Shown piece after piece: positions 44,262 through 47,299 of a stretch of DNA of 47,299 bases. The notes under the pieces are model-generated. The model was given only the letters and a program-made list of their open reading frames with translations. It was not told the origin of the DNA and searched no databases. Each line of letters begins with the position of its first letter. The first letter of the stretch is position 1. Both the position numbers and the translations under genes were made by a program. Source of the stretch: a bacterium (lineage in GTDB: Bacteria; Auribacterota; UBA3054); NCBI GenBank assembly GCA_017539325.1, contig JAFYHD010000104.1:1-47299 (forward strand). The letters run 5' to 3'.

Positions 44262-45728
44262 CTAGAAGCGCTTATAGTCTTGAAGCCTAATGATTTTGAG
44301 GGCCAGAGCGAGGGAAATGAAGACGATTCCGTAAACGAGCCAGGTCAGATAGACCGGAACATAGGGCTTGATCAGGAAAACTACCGGCAAAGTAACGATC
44401 GCGAGCACAGCCGGCCTGGCGAGCGCCAGAAGGCTCGCTTTGGCACGACCGAATTCGGCAAAGCTGATAACGTAGCCGATGAACATGATGGAAAGGGAAA
44501 CGACCATGGAAAGCGCGGAAGCTATGGGCGCCAAGGTCGGATCTTTTCCCCTTCTAAGACAGAGGAAATAGATCAGGATAATGTTGGCGAGGATGTTGCC
44601 GACCAGGCTGGCAAGGTTGATGAAGAAGACCTTGCGCTCCTTTTCCTTGACGTAAAGGACGTGCCCGAAGAAGGGGCAGAAAAGGTCTAGCCCCTGGCCC
44701 CAGATCAGGATCTGGAGCGCCAGGGCGCCCTCCACAAATTCTTTGCCGTAGACGAGGTCAAGGATCCTGGGGGCTTCCAGCGTCGCCCAGAAGAGGAACG
44801 GGAAACCGAGGCAGCCGATCCACCTTAAACTTATCATGACTCTCTGCCAGAAGTCCTCCTCCACCGCTTCTTTGCTGCTGGCGAGGGCGGGATACATGGA
44901 TTCCGTGAAAGAGTTTGTCAAAAAGAGCGGGATAAGGACAAGATTGTACGCGGCGCCGTAGACTCCCAGCTGCGCCTTGAAGCCGAACCACCACAAAAGG
45001 ACGTGGTCGAATTTGAGGTGCAGCGTAGAGGTGAACATAATCGTAAAGAACTGCCAGCCCTGGGTCAGCATCTCCATTATCACTTTCAAGCTCGGGTTGG
45101 GAAGGCCCAGCTTGTAGCGCAGTCTAAGCGCGATCGTTCCCAGAACCAAGGGAACGAATGAACCTAGGGCGAAGTAAACGGCCATCAGCCTCGTCTTGAC
45201 GTCCAAGCCGCATTTCGCGAAGCAGAGCGTACCGAAGCCGAGGGCGACGTAGAGCACTTTGCCGATCAGGAAAAGCGCCGCCTCGAGGTGGTTGTCCTGA
45301 TGGCCCCTTAGAATGGCCGCCATCGACATGTACCAGGCGTTGGCGAAAAGGAAGAGGCAGAAGAGCGCGATGAGCGTCAGATCTTCGCCGCCCGCCCCGA
45401 AGCCCAAGAGATCTCTCAGAACGAGCGCGCCTATGGCCAAAGCGACGGCCAAAATGGAGCAGAAGGTCTTAAGGATTACGGAATTCCAGAAAAGCTCGTC
45501 GCTTCTTTCCGGCTCCCTGGCCACGATCCTCGTCATGAGCGTGCCAAGGCCGTATTCCGCGACGATGGAGAACATTACGATCCAGGAGAGCGCGCCGGTA
45601 AAATCGCCGTAGAATTCCTTGCCAAGGGCCCGTGTCAGATAGATGTTGAAAACAGCCGTCAGAGCATGGGAGGCGGCTTTGCCGGTAAAGAGGGAAAAAG
45701 TGTTTCTCAGGACACGGTTGGTCTGCAT
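44262..45728 (-). CDS. Wzx-type oligosaccharide/polysaccharide flippase (MOP superfamily)
   Basis: 488 aa with about 12-14 TM helices. The N-terminus 'LRNTFSLFTGKAASHALTAVFNIYLTRALGKEFYGDF' is typical of polysaccharide biosynthesis (Wzx/RfbX) proteins. Confidence 0.85.
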   Translation of the reverse strand: MQTNRVLRNTFSLFTGKAASHALTAVFNIYLTRALGKEFYGDFTGALSWIVMFSIVAEYGLGTLMTRIVAREPERSDELFWNSVILKTFCSILAVALAIGALVLRDLLGFGAGGEDLTLIALFCLFLFANAWYMSMAAILRGHQDNHLEAALFLIGKVLYVALGFGTLCFAKCGLDVKTRLMAVYFALGSFVPLVLGTIALRLRYKLGLPNPSLKVIMEMLTQGWQFFTIMFTSTLHLKFDHVLLWWFGFKAQLGVYGAAYNLVLIPLFLTNSFTESMYPALASSKEAVEEDFWQRVMISLRWIGCLGFPFLFWATLEAPRILDLVYGKEFVEGALALQILIWGQGLDLFCPFFGHVLYVKEKERKVFFINLASLVGNILANIILIYFLCLRRGKDPTLAPIASALSMVVSLSIMFIGYVISFAEFGRAKASLLALARPAVLAIVTLPVVFLIKPYVPVYLTWLVYGIVFISLALALKIIRLQDYKRF

Positions 45729-45746
45729 ACGCCGGTAATAAAAAAA

Positions 45747-45823
45747 TGGTCGGAGCGACTGGATTTGAACCAGCGACCACTTGACCCCCAGTCAAGTGCG
45801 CTACCAGGCTGCGCTACGCTCCG
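45747..45823 (-). tRNA. tRNA-Pro (anticodon GGG), CCA encoded
   Basis: A hand-folded 77-nt cloverleaf: acceptor CGGAGCG/CGCTCCG, D-arm GCGC-AGCCTGGTA-GCGC, anticodon arm CTTGA-CTGGGGG-TCAAG (GGG at positions 34-36, G37), variable loop TGGTC, T-arm GCTGG-TTCAAAT-CCAGT, discriminator A, then CCA. Confidence 0.9.
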
Positions 45824-45837
45824 ACACATTTCTCCTT

Positions 45838-45866
45838 ATGCTACCACAACGAGGGTTAAAAAACAA
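45838..45866 (-). promoter_or_regulatory. Candidate promoter for tRNA-Pro
   Basis: The minus strand reads TTGTTT (45866-45861), a 17-nt spacer ending in TGG, then TAGCAT (45843-45838). It lies 14 nt upstream of the mature tRNA 5' end. Confidence 0.4.
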
Positions 45867-45963
45867 GTGGCGGGATGTTAGCGAAGGGGCTTTTTATTGC
45901 ATAAAAACCCCCTTTAAGATAAAATAAACAAATAAAGGTTAAAACTAACATAGGGATAATGCC

Positions 45964-47220
45964 ATGAAAAAATCGCTTCTCTGTCTTCTTTCGCTCTTAG
46001 TAGTGTCTTCCGCCTTCGCGGAGGACGTAATCAACCCCGGAACGGTGCGCGGCACGGCGCAGCGCCAGGGCATCCCTATTTATGTCTGCGACTTCAGGGG
46101 CGGCGCGGTCTCCATTGCCGACGTCGTCAGGAAAGACCTCAACATCCACGGCGGTTTTTCCCTGGCGCGCATCTCGACTAGCGACGCGACGACGCTCAAT
46201 AATGCCGACTACAGCCAGGGCGCCATCCACTTTCAGAACTGGCGCAACTTGGGCTGCGCGCTGATCGGCAAGGGCGAGGTCTCCGGCTCGACGCTGTCCT
46301 TCAAGCTCTACAACACCTCGAACGGGTCCACCGTCATGGGCAGGACTTACAACATGGGCTCCGTCTCCCCGCGCAGGGTGGCCCACGCCATCGCCAACGA
46401 CATCGTCCAGGACGTCCTGAAAGAGAAAGGCTTCTTCCAATCCAGGATGCTCTATGCTTCAGGCTACGGCCGCTCCAAGAACATCGTGATGTGCGATATT
46501 CTGGGCGGCGACAAAAAGAACCTCACGAGCGGCAGCGACCTCAACACTTTCCCGGACTGGTACCCAGATCACAAGAACATCCTCTACACTAGCTACCGCG
46601 CCAATCACGCCGTCATCTACAAGCTTGATCTGACGAGCGGCAAGACGCAGAAGCTTCTGGCCATGCCCGGCATGAACACCTCCGGCTGCGTTTCCCCGGA
46701 CGGCAGGCAGCTCGCTGCCATCTTGGACAAGGACGGCTTCCCGGAACTGTACACCTACGCTCTGAACGGCGGATCTCACAAGCGTCTGACCAGAGGCCGC
46801 GACAACGAATCCTCCCCCTCCTGGTCCCCAGACAGCAATAAGATCGTCTTCTCCTGCGACGAGGGCAAGAGCCCCCAGATCTACATCATGAACGCAAGCG
46901 GCGGCGGCCGCACCCGCATCTGCCGCAATGTCTCCCGTTACTGCACGAGCCCGGCCTGGTCGCCCGACGGCAAGAAGATTGCCTTCGTCGCCCAGATCGG
47001 CGGCAACTACGAGGTCTGCGTTTGCGACCTCTCAAGCGGCAACTCGAAGAACGTCACGAACAATCCCTCTAACGACGAATTCCCCTGCTGGGCCGCCGAC
47101 TCCCGCCACATCGTCTTCGCCCGCGCCGGCTCTTCCATCGTGATAGTTGACAGCGAGACCGGAAAGGAAACGACGCTAGTTTCCGGCGGCAGCAACACCT
47201 CGCCCGCGCTTGAACCATGA
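45964..47220 (+). CDS. tolB: TolB-like periplasmic beta-propeller protein
   Basis: 418 aa. Signal peptide 'MKKSLLCLLSLLVVSSAFA'. There is a TolB N-terminal-like domain, then repeated 'SPDG/SPDS...I.F' blades ('WSPDSNKIVF', 'WSPDGKKIAFV'). Confidence 0.85.
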   Translation: MKKSLLCLLSLLVVSSAFAEDVINPGTVRGTAQRQGIPIYVCDFRGGAVSIADVVRKDLNIHGGFSLARISTSDATTLNNADYSQGAIHFQNWRNLGCALIGKGEVSGSTLSFKLYNTSNGSTVMGRTYNMGSVSPRRVAHAIANDIVQDVLKEKGFFQSRMLYASGYGRSKNIVMCDILGGDKKNLTSGSDLNTFPDWYPDHKNILYTSYRANHAVIYKLDLTSGKTQKLLAMPGMNTSGCVSPDGRQLAAILDKDGFPELYTYALNGGSHKRLTRGRDNESSPSWSPDSNKIVFSCDEGKSPQIYIMNASGGGRTRICRNVSRYCTSPAWSPDGKKIAFVAQIGGNYEVCVCDLSSGNSKNVTNNPSNDEFPCWAADSRHIVFARAGSSIVIVDSETGKETTLVSGGSNTSPALEP

Positions 47221-47299
47221 GCATTATTCCTGATATAACGGCCGTGGGCTCCATGGCCCTCGACACCGTCACGACGCACTACGGAACGCATGAGAACTG
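47217..47299 (+). CDS. Partial CDS (5' end only), possibly a PfkB/ribokinase-family sugar kinase
   Basis: The ATG overlaps the tolB stop (ATGA at 47217-47220). The 27 visible residues 'MSIIPDITAVGSMALDTVTTHYGTHEN' resemble the N-terminal GS.A.D motif of PfkB kinases. It is too short to be sure. Confidence 0.35.
   Translation, partial: MSIIPDITAVGSMALDTVTTHYGTHEN

Noticed and set aside
45469-45881. ORFs 45469-45795 (108 aa, minus) and 45666-45881 (71 aa, plus), which overlap the tRNA gene.
   Set aside because: They run through the tRNA-Pro sequence and the flippase 5' end and have no motifs or plausible starts. The tRNA cloverleaf explains the conservation-like structure.
45884-45914. An imperfect 13-bp hairpin (aaggggcttttta / taaaaaccccctt, one C-C mismatch, 5-nt loop) as a transcription terminator.
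   Set aside because: It lies in the divergent region between tRNA-Pro (minus strand) and tolB (plus strand), so no gene ends here. It lacks a proper U-tract in either orientation. It may be part of the tolB 5' UTR or an operator, but I cannot support a call.

Overview
This is a 47.3-kb, very gene-dense bacterial chromosomal segment that looks moderately GC-rich. I call 41 protein genes (one partial, one missing from the ORF track) and one tRNA-Pro(GGG). Intergenic DNA is limited to a few short AT-rich gaps. All but six genes lie on the minus strand, in two unbroken runs (31399 down to 3707, and 45823 down to 32708). Many junctions are overlapping or zero-spacer start/stop pairs.

Gene content falls into four groups:
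- Housekeeping: prs, infA, ispH, tyrS, tsaB, pta, ung, tkt, an aminotransferase, a Xer recombinase and a Ski2-like helicase.
- Envelope polysaccharide: rfbC, ugd, fcl, GT2, GT4, a small phosphoglycosyl transferase, a Wzx-type flippase and a YfhO-like membrane protein.
- K+ homeostasis: KtrA/KtrB-type uptake and a CPA1 antiporter.
- Host-glycan/GlcNAc catabolism: GH89 alpha-N-acetylglucosaminidase, nagB, a PIG-L deacetylase and a ROK-like kinase.

TolB, lipobox lipoproteins and a PEP-CTERM protein indicate a diderm. The combination resembles PVC-group or similar glycan degraders, but taxonomy cannot be verified here. I saw no CRISPR array, transposase, phage genes, rRNA or toxin-antitoxin pair.

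Best candidates for undescribed biology:
1. A terminator-insulated three-gene operon (26958 to 23497). It encodes a PEP-CTERM protein with an internal duplication plus two paralogous secreted proteins of FGE-sulfatase/C-type-lectin fold. The paralogs share an invariant N-terminal motif, C-x-QRWPWNGKVDI-x-Y.
2. An orphan trio (39721 to 36536): an 89-aa protein, a 600-aa GlmL/MutL-like ASKHA ATPase and a 369-aa barrel-sandwich/KOW-like protein. No B12 mutase is nearby.
3. A nagA-less ROK / PIG-L / nagB operon.
4. A stand-alone UvrC N-terminal nuclease fragment.
5. A KtrB with an N-terminal extension of about 250 aa and 8 predicted TM helices.
6. A recurrent extended -10 promoter motif (TGnTAnnAT), including two sites with leaderless geometry.

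All functional calls rest on my reading of the translated ORFs and motif recognition. No database search was run.
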